From: Gemmatimonadota bacterium
Lineage (GTDB): Bacteria > JBHIER01 > G020348925
Assembly: GCA_020348925.1 (NCBI GenBank)
Contig: CP070758.1
Location: forward strand, 1,834,030-1,898,029
DNA length: 64,000 nt
Direction of reading: 5' to 3'
Below are positions 19,965 to 28,373 of this stretch, piece after piece. Made by a program: the position numbers and the translations under genes. Under the pieces are notes generated by a model. It worked only from the letters and a program-made list of their open reading frames with translations. It searched no databases and was not told where the DNA came from. The stretch's first letter is position 1; each line of letters starts with the position of its first letter.

Positions 19965-22187
19965 ATGAGATCACTCTTGTTTTTTAGTCTACTCCTGTTC
20001 GCCGCTGCATCTTATGTTTTCTCACAAGAAATGCAATCACAAAACCAAGACTCCTTACAGGCATCAGAAGAGGTGAAAGTCGAGTTCGAACCCATTGTTG
20101 TCACTGCCACACGTTCTGAACGTCCAATTCTTAGGGTTCCGTATGCGATTGACGTTATTGGGGAGGAAGAAATACAACGAGCCGAGACCGGTCTTTCCCT
20201 CGATGAAGCAGTGCGTGCTGTACCGGGTATTGTTGTGAATAGCCGACACAACCGGGATCGAGGTGACCGGATTATTATACGGGGGATAGGCAGCCGTGCC
20301 CAGTATGGTGTGCGCGGTATCAAAGTCATTCTCGATGGAATACCACTCACCTTGCCCGATGGTCAATCGCTGTTACATAATCTCGATCTCGGTTCGGTGG
20401 GCAAAATTGAGATTCTCCGCGGTCCCAGCTCGTCCCTGTATGGCAATGCAGCCGGTGGACTCATCGACATTCAGACTCAGTCCGCACCATCTACACCATA
20501 TCTGTTTCAACCTCGATTTGTCGTCGGCAGTGATGGCCTTCTGAAATGGCAGGGCAAACTCTCAGGTACTGTTGGAAGACATGACTATCTCATCAATGCA
20601 AACAAGTTGACGCTTGATGGATACCGTGAACATTCCTCTGCCAGTTCTTATTCCGTCAATGCAGTGGGCCGTCACAGGATCTCGGATCAAGTCAGAATGA
20701 CGACTGTACTGAACTACATCTATGCACCATATCTATTAAATCCCGGATCCGTATCAAAGACGGATGCCATCAATGTTCCATCCAAAACGAGTTTTTTTAA
20801 CAAACAAAGGGCCTACGGACGCAGCAATGAACGACAAGGTCAGGGCGGAATATCCATGATATATGATGATGGCCATGCCAACCAATTTGCCGTAAGTATC
20901 TATGCCTCATCGTATTCCTACATCGTTGCCATTCCTATAGAAATCATCGACCTTGATTGGATTTCCGGTGGTATGCGCACTGTCTTCAGCAAACGGTTTC
21001 AAATTGGAAACACAAACCTTCTCTGGACGATCGGGACTGACATCGAGGCGTACGATGGAAGGAGAGTGGAGTTCGAGAATCAGGGGATACCAAGCGATCA
21101 AGTTGGAGTGGCGGAAGGAAGCGAAATTTACGATTTGTTGAAATACGGCCAACGCCTTTCGGATCAGGATGAAAGGGTGTTTGGTGTAGGCTCCTTCACT
21201 CAGTGTGAGATTTCACTCCATCCTCAATGGGACCTCATCCTTGGAGGACGATACGACTATTACAAATTCAAGGCAAGCGATCACTTTATGGAGGATGGTG
21301 TGAACCATTCCGGAACGAGAAACATGGACAGGTTCAGTCCCAGGGTTGGGATCATCTACCAGCCATACGAACTCGTCAAGGTATATGGAAACTATTCCAC
21401 TGCTTTTCAGACTCCCACGACCACCGAATTGGGCAATCAAGTGACAGGGGTAGGCGGATTCAATCCCGATCTGAAACCGGAGAGTATGCGAAGCTTTGAG
21501 ATAGGAATACAAGGCATGCAACCCTTTGGTCAAAAGAAATTTCCGGGAAGACGATTCGAGTACGACCTCTCTTTTTACATGCTCAATATTGAGGACATGT
21601 TGATCCCATTTCAAATACAAGGGACATCGGAAGAGTTTTATCGTAATGCCGGGAAAACACAAAATAAAGGTGCGGAGATACAATTGAACTGGTCTCCGAT
21701 CAACGGACTGCGAACGTCCCTCGCCTACACGTTCATGGACTTCGTGTTTAAGGATTATACGATCGAGACCTCAGTGGATGATACCACCGTTCAGCTCTTT
21801 CAGTTGAAAGGGAAGGAAGTCCCGGGAGTTCCACCGCAGCAAATTTTCGCTGGCATTGCCTATCGGCTTCCGGTTGGAGCGTACTCGGAAATCAAGCTCA
21901 ATTGGGTGGATCGATACTTTGCCAATGATTATAACGGACCTCCTCCAGACAACACCAAATCCTCAACTAATTTTTTCAATGATACCTACTTCGTTGTTGA
22001 TCTCCGTTTAGGAATCCAACAAACATTCACCAAAATTGGAATCGAAATCTTTTCCGGGATCAATAACCTCTTTGATGAACGCTACAACAGTTCGGTCGTT
22101 CCCAACGCCTTTGGCGATCTGTTTTTCGAGCCCGCGCCCGGGCGGAGCTGGTACTCCGGAATTCACATCTCATTTTCTGGAGGATAA
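19965..22187 (+). CDS. TonB-dependent outer-membrane receptor
   Basis: GGAGG RBS, signal peptide, TonB-box-like EPIVVTATR, plug motifs IRGIG and IEILRGPSSSLYGNAAGGLI, NPDLKPE, GINNLFD, C-terminal APGRSWYSG. Confidence 0.93.
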   Translation: MRSLLFFSLLLFAAASYVFSQEMQSQNQDSLQASEEVKVEFEPIVVTATRSERPILRVPYAIDVIGEEEIQRAETGLSLDEAVRAVPGIVVNSRHNRDRGDRIIIRGIGSRAQYGVRGIKVILDGIPLTLPDGQSLLHNLDLGSVGKIEILRGPSSSLYGNAAGGLIDIQTQSAPSTPYLFQPRFVVGSDGLLKWQGKLSGTVGRHDYLINANKLTLDGYREHSSASSYSVNAVGRHRISDQVRMTTVLNYIYAPYLLNPGSVSKTDAINVPSKTSFFNKQRAYGRSNERQGQGGISMIYDDGHANQFAVSIYASSYSYIVAIPIEIIDLDWISGGMRTVFSKRFQIGNTNLLWTIGTDIEAYDGRRVEFENQGIPSDQVGVAEGSEIYDLLKYGQRLSDQDERVFGVGSFTQCEISLHPQWDLILGGRYDYYKFKASDHFMEDGVNHSGTRNMDRFSPRVGIIYQPYELVKVYGNYSTAFQTPTTTELGNQVTGVGGFNPDLKPESMRSFEIGIQGMQPFGQKKFPGRRFEYDLSFYMLNIEDMLIPFQIQGTSEEFYRNAGKTQNKGAEIQLNWSPINGLRTSLAYTFMDFVFKDYTIETSVDDTTVQLFQLKGKEVPGVPPQQIFAGIAYRLPVGAYSEIKLNWVDRYFANDYNGPPPDNTKSSTNFFNDTYFVVDLRLGIQQTFTKIGIEIFSGINNLFDERYNSSVVPNAFGDLFFEPAPGRSWYSGIHISFSGG

Positions 22188-22266
22188 TTTAATTTTTTGT
22201 TCACTGACGGAAAGACTGTCGAATCACTTGAAGTACAATCCGCTTATTACGAAAAGGAACTCATGA

Positions 22267-23295
22267 ATGATCCTACTTTTATGCAGGGATCGGGTATCGA
22301 TCTTCTCCATTTTTATGTTACTACTGCCAGTCGTTCTCTCTTATGGAGGTGAGCGACAACCATCAGAGCCTGTACCGTTAAAGGTTGTGACCATGCCGTA
22401 TCTCGGATACGCACCCTTCTTCATCGCCGATGCGGAGGGGTATTTCGCGGAGCAGGGACTTGATGTCCAGTTCATCAGGATGAATAGAACAGCAACCCTT
22501 ATTCCGGCTCTTATTCAAGGCGACATCGATGTCCTTTCCGGGACCATTTGGCCGAGCCATTTCAACGCCATTGCTCGTGGTGCCAGAATACGGTTCGTTG
22601 CCAACAGAAGCTATGTTGATACCTCAGGCTGTATCTATTCGGCGGTCGTCGCCAGGCGGGATTTGATTGAACATGGGGATCTGCAAAATCCGGCCCAACT
22701 GCGAAACCTGCGGATCAGCGTACCTCCATCGTCCCACATGGGGTATTTCATCGAGAAGCTCCTCAGTCGGGCAAACATGACGCTCCATGATGTGGAAATC
22801 GTGGACCATCTTCCTGCGGTAGAACTTGAAGCTTTTCGAAAGAACACCATAGACTTGGCTTTTATGACAGAGCCTTGGCTGACTCGAATAGTGAATACCG
22901 GCCATGGCGTCATCTGGTTGCCGGATAGAAAAGTTGTTCCCGGTTTTCAGTGGGGATTCATTCTCTATGGCCCCTCCCTTTTGGATAAGAATCCGGATGC
23001 GGGGAGACGTTTTCTGGTCGCGTATTTCAAGGCGGTCCGACAGTACAATCGAGGAAAAACAGAACGTAATGTGGATATCCTGAGTCAATATACCGAATTG
23101 GATCGAGATCTCTTGGAAAAAGCGTGTTGGCCGTCTTTACGCGAGGATGGATACATAAACTTTGAACACCTCATTGACTTCCAGGACTGGGCAGTGAGAA
23201 AAGGGTTGCTTGACAGAAAGCTCGCGGAGGATGAGTTTTGGGATCACGCCTTCGTTGACTACGCAACCAAAATGCTACATATACAGAAGCAATAA
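22267..23295 (+). CDS. ABC transporter substrate-binding protein, SsuA/TauA/NMT1-THI5-like
   Basis: Signal peptide, YAPFFIADAEGYFAEQGLDVQF, DLAFMTEPW. Confidence 0.85.
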   Translation: MILLLCRDRVSIFSIFMLLLPVVLSYGGERQPSEPVPLKVVTMPYLGYAPFFIADAEGYFAEQGLDVQFIRMNRTATLIPALIQGDIDVLSGTIWPSHFNAIARGARIRFVANRSYVDTSGCIYSAVVARRDLIEHGDLQNPAQLRNLRISVPPSSHMGYFIEKLLSRANMTLHDVEIVDHLPAVELEAFRKNTIDLAFMTEPWLTRIVNTGHGVIWLPDRKVVPGFQWGFILYGPSLLDKNPDAGRRFLVAYFKAVRQYNRGKTERNVDILSQYTELDRDLLEKACWPSLREDGYINFEHLIDFQDWAVRKGLLDRKLAEDEFWDHAFVDYATKMLHIQKQ

Positions 23296-23309
23296 ACCTG
23301 AAGACGCTT

Positions 23310-24086
23310 ATGTTATTAATGTGTCGCAGTTTGGGCAAGATATATCGAACTCGCAATGGTGTTACCACTGCTCTCAAAGACGTGAGTCTCAGTGTCGGTG
23401 AACAGGAATTCGTTTGCATTGTCGGACCCAGTGGATGTGGGAAAACAACGCTTCTCAAACTCATTGCTGGATTATTAGAACCGACTTCAGGAAGAATCAT
23501 CTTCGGGGCGGGGGAAAAAAACGGGAGACTTCGGAGTGCGATGGTGTTTCAGGAACATGGCCTTTTCCCCTGGATGACCGTGTTGGGCAATGTCGCCTTC
23601 GGACTGGAGATGCAGGGTATCTCGCAGCATGAATGTCGAGATCGAGCGCACGATTTCATCGAAAAGGTAGGTCTGGGATTTTTCACGCACAGTTATCCGC
23701 ATGAACTATCCGTCGGAATGTGCCAGCGAGTCGGCATCGCCAGGGCTTTTGTGGCTGATTCTCAAATATTACTTATGGACGAGCCCGTTGGCTCCCTCGA
23801 CACCCAAACACGGCTCGTGCTTCAAGAGGAGCTGTTGAGGATCTGGGTGGAACACCGGAAATCAATCATCTACGTGACACATGATATCGAGGAAGCGATT
23901 TGGTTGGGGGATCAGGTACTGGTGATGACCGGACGGCCAGGTCAAATCCGAGAGGAGATCCAGATCCCTCTTAGACGCCCTCGAAACCCATTAAACAGTA
24001 ATCGACAGGAAATCTCGGAGATCAAATGGCATATCTGGAAGATACTCGAAGAGGAAGTACGAAAGAGCCTCTGCATACCGACTTGA
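23310..24086 (+). CDS. ABC transporter ATP-binding protein, SsuB/TauB-like
   Basis: Walker A GPSGCGKT, VFQEHGLFPWMTV, signature variant YPHELSVGM, Walker B LLMDEP, VTHDIEEA. Confidence 0.92.
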   Translation: MLLMCRSLGKIYRTRNGVTTALKDVSLSVGEQEFVCIVGPSGCGKTTLLKLIAGLLEPTSGRIIFGAGEKNGRLRSAMVFQEHGLFPWMTVLGNVAFGLEMQGISQHECRDRAHDFIEKVGLGFFTHSYPHELSVGMCQRVGIARAFVADSQILLMDEPVGSLDTQTRLVLQEELLRIWVEHRKSIIYVTHDIEEAIWLGDQVLVMTGRPGQIREEIQIPLRRPRNPLNSNRQEISEIKWHIWKILEEEVRKSLCIPT

Positions 24087-24853
24087 AAGAGAGATTACTC
24101 CTTGGGTGGTGGCTGCCAACTATGACGGTCGTTGTAATATTGATTGTATGGGAATGGTTGGTCCGCTCGGGCGAACTTTCAGCTCTTTTTTTCCCGGCAC
24201 CTTCAATGATCGTCCAAGCTTTTGTCCGTTTGCTTACCAGCGGCAAGTTGATTACCGAGGTTCGCATCACTTTAATGCGAGCCCTGTTGGGATTGGTACT
24301 CGGCGGTATAAGTGGCATGGTCTTAGGTTTGCTCATGGGCTGGTCTCAGAAGTTGCGCATTCTCGTCGATCCCTTCATTGCAGCTGCTCACCCAATCCCC
24401 AAAATTGCTATTTTGCCGTTGATTCTGATCATCTTTGGCATCGGTGAAACGTCCAAAGTGATCGTAATCGCTGTGGCTGCATTCTTTCCCATGTTAATCA
24501 ACACAATGGCCGGTGTGCGGAACATTCATCCCATCCATTTTGATGTGGCAAAAAACTATGGTGCCTCTTTGAGAAAAACTTTTTCTCGCGTCATCGTGCC
24601 GGGCAGTTTACCGCTTGTGCTAACAGGACTACGCTTGGCCTTTAATGCCGTGTTGTTGCTCACGATTGCCGTCGAATTAGTCGTTGCTCAGAAGGGATTA
24701 GGAAGAATGATCTGGTTTGCCTGGGAGACCATGCGAACCGAAGAACTTTACGTCGGTCTGATTGTCACAGCAGCATTAGGGATCGGTTTTAACTTCGTAT
24801 TACACTCTATAGCAAAACGTCTCATCCCCTGGCGGAGAACTCAAATTGAATAA
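24083..24853 (+). CDS. ABC transporter permease, SsuC/TauC-like
   Basis: FFPAPS, PIPKIAILPL, IFGIGE, FFPMLINT, multiple TM segments. TTG start overlaps the ATPase stop. Confidence 0.9.
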   Translation: MKERLLLGWWLPTMTVVVILIVWEWLVRSGELSALFFPAPSMIVQAFVRLLTSGKLITEVRITLMRALLGLVLGGISGMVLGLLMGWSQKLRILVDPFIAAAHPIPKIAILPLILIIFGIGETSKVIVIAVAAFFPMLINTMAGVRNIHPIHFDVAKNYGASLRKTFSRVIVPGSLPLVLTGLRLAFNAVLLLTIAVELVVAQKGLGRMIWFAWETMRTEELYVGLIVTAALGIGFNFVLHSIAKRLIPWRRTQIE

Positions 24854-27467
24854 CGTACCAAAGCGCATTACTCCAACAAATTCTTTTATTCCATTTCGCG
24901 ATGAAGAGGTCGAACAGTCGGTTCCCGAACGTTTCGCGCAAATCGTGAGACGGTATCCTGATCGCGTTGCAGTCGGATCAGGCAGTCAATCTTTCACGTA
25001 TCGTGACCTGGATAAGGCATCCGATCAAGTAGCGCAAGCTGTTTTCGGTATGGGTGGGACCGGAGCAGAACCTGTAGCCCTGTTGCTCGATCACGGCCCA
25101 ATGCCAATTATTGCAATGTTGGGGATCTTAAAAGCGGGCAAATGTTACGTGGCATTGGATGCCACAAGCACTCGTTCAAGATTGGAGTACATCCTGAATG
25201 AGACCCAGACACGTACGATTGTCACGAACCAGAGACGGTATTCTCTTGCAGCCGAGCTGTCGCCCCACGGATGTCAATTGCTCAATATTGATGATCTCGA
25301 ACCATACAATTCGAGTCAAAAGCTCGACATTTCTATTTCACCGGATGCGTTGGCGGCTATTTACTACACCTCAGGTTCGACGGGACAGCCCAAGGGTGTT
25401 ATCAATGCGCATCGCAACATGCTTCATTCCGCCAAGTTAAAAACCAATGATTGCCACATTTGTTCGGATGATCGGGTGGCCCTTCTTTTCTCTTACAGCG
25501 TCGCTTGGTCCAAAGCGCTTATCTTTGCTCCACTCTTCAGTGGAGGAGCCATCCTCCCCTTCGACATCGGGTCAGAGGGGTTGAAACGTCTCTCCCGCTG
25601 GCTCATTCGCGAAGAAGTCACAATTTTTACAACGGTTACAACACTCTTTCGGAATTTCATTGAGACCTTGACCGGGGATGAAAAATTTTCGAAACTCCGT
25701 TTGGTCTCAATAGGCGGTGAAACGGTTCACAGACAAGATGCGGAATTATACAGGAAGCATTTTTCTCAAAATTGCCTGCTGCACATTGGCATGGGAATAA
25801 CGGAAGCTTGCAGCCCCATGACTTCCATCTTTCTCGATAAATCCACCGAGATCAACGGGGACGTCGTTCCGATAGGGTATCCTCTTGAGAATACCGAAAT
25901 ACTCCTGTTCGATGAGGACGGGGAAGAGGTCGAACACGATCATATTGGTGAAATTGCAGTTAAGAGTCGGTATCTTACCCCTGGCTATTGGCGAAAGCCG
26001 GAGTTGACGGCCCAATCCTTTCAATCCTGTCCTGGGGAAGAACCTGTCCGTATTTATCGGACAGGTGACCAGGGCCGCATGGCATCCGACGGTTGTCTCT
26101 ACCATCTGGGCCGGAAAGACTTTCAGGTGAAAGTGAGAGGGCATAGGGTCGAGACTGCCGAGGTCGAGAGAGCTCTGCTCAACATAGGGATCATCTCTCA
26201 GGCGGCAGTAGTGACACATCCTGATGCCCAAAGCGAAAACCGACTCGTAGCTTACATTGTATGTAACCAGACACCCAAACCGACGGTTACTCAGTTGCGG
26301 TTGCTATTAAACGAAACTCTCCCTGCATACATGATGCCGTCGAATTTTGTATTCGTGGACGTGCTGCCGATGACAATAAGTGGGAAAGTAGATTTTCAGG
26401 AACTATCAATCCCGGATGTATCACGGCCTGAACTCGACTCCCCTTTCGTTCCGCCGCGTTCGTCGATCGAGAGACGCCTCATCGAGATATGGAGTGAAAT
26501 CCTGAACGTCTCACCCATTGGTGTTTGCGACGACTTCTTCGACCTCGGCGGACATTCCATATCTGCGATGCGTCTCTTCACGCTCATTGAGAAGAGATTC
26601 GGCAAAAAACTTCCCGTATCGATTTTATTCGAAGCCCCAACGATAGAGATGTTAAGTGCTGTTCTCGACAAAGAACATGAGTCCGGGCGCTGGTCCTCTC
26701 TCGTGCCTATTCAAAGGGGGGGATCGAAACCGCCGTTTTTTTGTGTCCACAACCTCAGTGGGGATGTCCTATCATATGGTGAACTGGCGCGGAACCTTGG
26801 TCCGGATCAACCCTTTTACGGATTACGAGCGCAGGGCTTGGATGGAAAACAGAAACCGTACACCAAGATTGAAGCGATGGCTTCTCATTACATCAGGGAG
26901 ATGCGTGCCGTTCAGCCGGAAGGACCGTACCTCCTTGGGGGTATGTGCTTTGGGGGCGTGGTGGCCTTCGAGATGGCTCAGCAGCTTCACGCTCTGGGCC
27001 AGGAGGTTGGACAGTTGTTTCTTCTGGATACATCCTGTCCCCCCTTCAATTTAAAACAACGTCTCAATTTCATATTTGAACGTTACACCCGGATTTTCAG
27101 AGAAGGTATCCTTGACGCGTTGAGTCGCTCATCGCCTACTTCGTGCACCTCCAAACAGCACGGGTTCCTAAAGCGCCATCGCTCAATCTCTGACATATTT
27201 CAGATACTTCGGGTCGATCGGGCGAACAACCGGGCTCTACGAAAATACAGACCTCAATGTTATTCCGGCCGTCTTGTCCATTTCCTGGTAAGTCAACCGT
27301 TAGTGTCTGTTTCACCGGATTCACGAAAGAAATGGGAGACATATGCGAGAGGAGGTCTCGAAGTCCACACCATTCCCGGGGATCACCACACTGTCCTCAG
27401 AGAGCCACACGTTCACTTACTCGCCAAAAAGTTGAAAGAATACCTTAACACAGAACCATCCGGATAA
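24846..27467 (+). CDS. NRPS-like A-T-TE protein with a non-canonical A domain and Cys-type TE
   Basis: YTSGSTGQPKG, YRTGD, GGHSIS; TE GGMCFGG...PGDH. A4 is YSVAWS and A5 is GMGITE (both atypical). Confidence 0.92.
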   Translation: MNNVPKRITPTNSFIPFRDEEVEQSVPERFAQIVRRYPDRVAVGSGSQSFTYRDLDKASDQVAQAVFGMGGTGAEPVALLLDHGPMPIIAMLGILKAGKCYVALDATSTRSRLEYILNETQTRTIVTNQRRYSLAAELSPHGCQLLNIDDLEPYNSSQKLDISISPDALAAIYYTSGSTGQPKGVINAHRNMLHSAKLKTNDCHICSDDRVALLFSYSVAWSKALIFAPLFSGGAILPFDIGSEGLKRLSRWLIREEVTIFTTVTTLFRNFIETLTGDEKFSKLRLVSIGGETVHRQDAELYRKHFSQNCLLHIGMGITEACSPMTSIFLDKSTEINGDVVPIGYPLENTEILLFDEDGEEVEHDHIGEIAVKSRYLTPGYWRKPELTAQSFQSCPGEEPVRIYRTGDQGRMASDGCLYHLGRKDFQVKVRGHRVETAEVERALLNIGIISQAAVVTHPDAQSENRLVAYIVCNQTPKPTVTQLRLLLNETLPAYMMPSNFVFVDVLPMTISGKVDFQELSIPDVSRPELDSPFVPPRSSIERRLIEIWSEILNVSPIGVCDDFFDLGGHSISAMRLFTLIEKRFGKKLPVSILFEAPTIEMLSAVLDKEHESGRWSSLVPIQRGGSKPPFFCVHNLSGDVLSYGELARNLGPDQPFYGLRAQGLDGKQKPYTKIEAMASHYIREMRAVQPEGPYLLGGMCFGGVVAFEMAQQLHALGQEVGQLFLLDTSCPPFNLKQRLNFIFERYTRIFREGILDALSRSSPTSCTSKQHGFLKRHRSISDIFQILRVDRANNRALRKYRPQCYSGRLVHFLVSQPLVSVSPDSRKKWETYARGGLEVHTIPGDHHTVLREPHVHLLAKKLKEYLNTEPSG

Positions 27468-27619
27468 TTGGGCGGTGCGATTATGGGTGTGAGCGAAATA
27501 GTCCTCACAAAGGAGTACATTCTGTGATTGTGTAACGCACGTCATTTCAATATATTCTATAAACAATCGAAGATACAGGTACACACCAACGTTACCATCG
27601 ATTAGGTAAGGAGATTATT

Positions 27620-28207
27620 ATGTCCGGAGAGGAAAAGGAAGACACCACGATCTATGAGGTGGTTGTGAATCACGAAGAACAATACTCCATCTGGCCGCAA
27701 TATAAAGGCGATCCGCCAAAAGGTTGGAAAAAAGTTGGAAAAAACGGACTGAAAGAGGACTGCTTGGCCTATGTCAAGGAAGTATGGACCGACATGCGGC
27801 CACTGAGCCTGAGAAAACAAATGGAGGAGGCCGCCCGGAAGCCCGGGGACCGGAAAACTTCGAAGAAAGAAGAGCCTGGCGGAGAAACTCTGGTACAACG
27901 TCTGTCCAAAGGGGATCATCCTGTGGAAGCGAGCTTGCGACCGGAAAAGACCGTGCACGCTTTCAAAGAGAGTATCGACCGTGGCTACGTGCATATCAAG
28001 TTTACGGGTACCAGAGGAGGCACAGAGCTGGGCTTCAGGCTTGATGCGGAGGCTACCGATTTGGGCCAGGCCGATTTCGACACACACACAGGAAGCGTCC
28101 ACCTTGTTGGCAGCTTGACCCTCGATTATGTCAAAGTACGGTGCGTCGCCGATGTCGACCTGAGCACCCTGGCCGGGAAAGGACATCTCGAAATTGAAGA
28201 GTCCTGA
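27620..28207 (+). CDS. MbtH-like protein with a ~110 aa C-terminal extra domain
   Basis: [33 protein letters not shown] (MbtH signature); GGGAG RBS. Confidence 0.92.
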   Translation: MSGEEKEDTTIYEVVVNHEEQYSIWPQYKGDPPKGWKKVGKNGLKEDCLAYVKEVWTDMRPLSLRKQMEEAARKPGDRKTSKKEEPGGETLVQRLSKGDHPVEASLRPEKTVHAFKESIDRGYVHIKFTGTRGGTELGFRLDAEATDLGQADFDTHTGSVHLVGSLTLDYVKVRCVADVDLSTLAGKGHLEIEES

Positions 28208-28373
28208 ACCTTCGCATTCTGTCCCATGAGACAATCAAAACAAATGAAGGGACATCAGAGGACACGAAAAAAAGACAGGAAGGGACTCTCACTGATTCAT
28301 TGCTCTAATAGTCTCCACTGCAACATCCCAGTCCGGCATACGCGACTTCTTATTTCATCGGTAAAAAATACAC

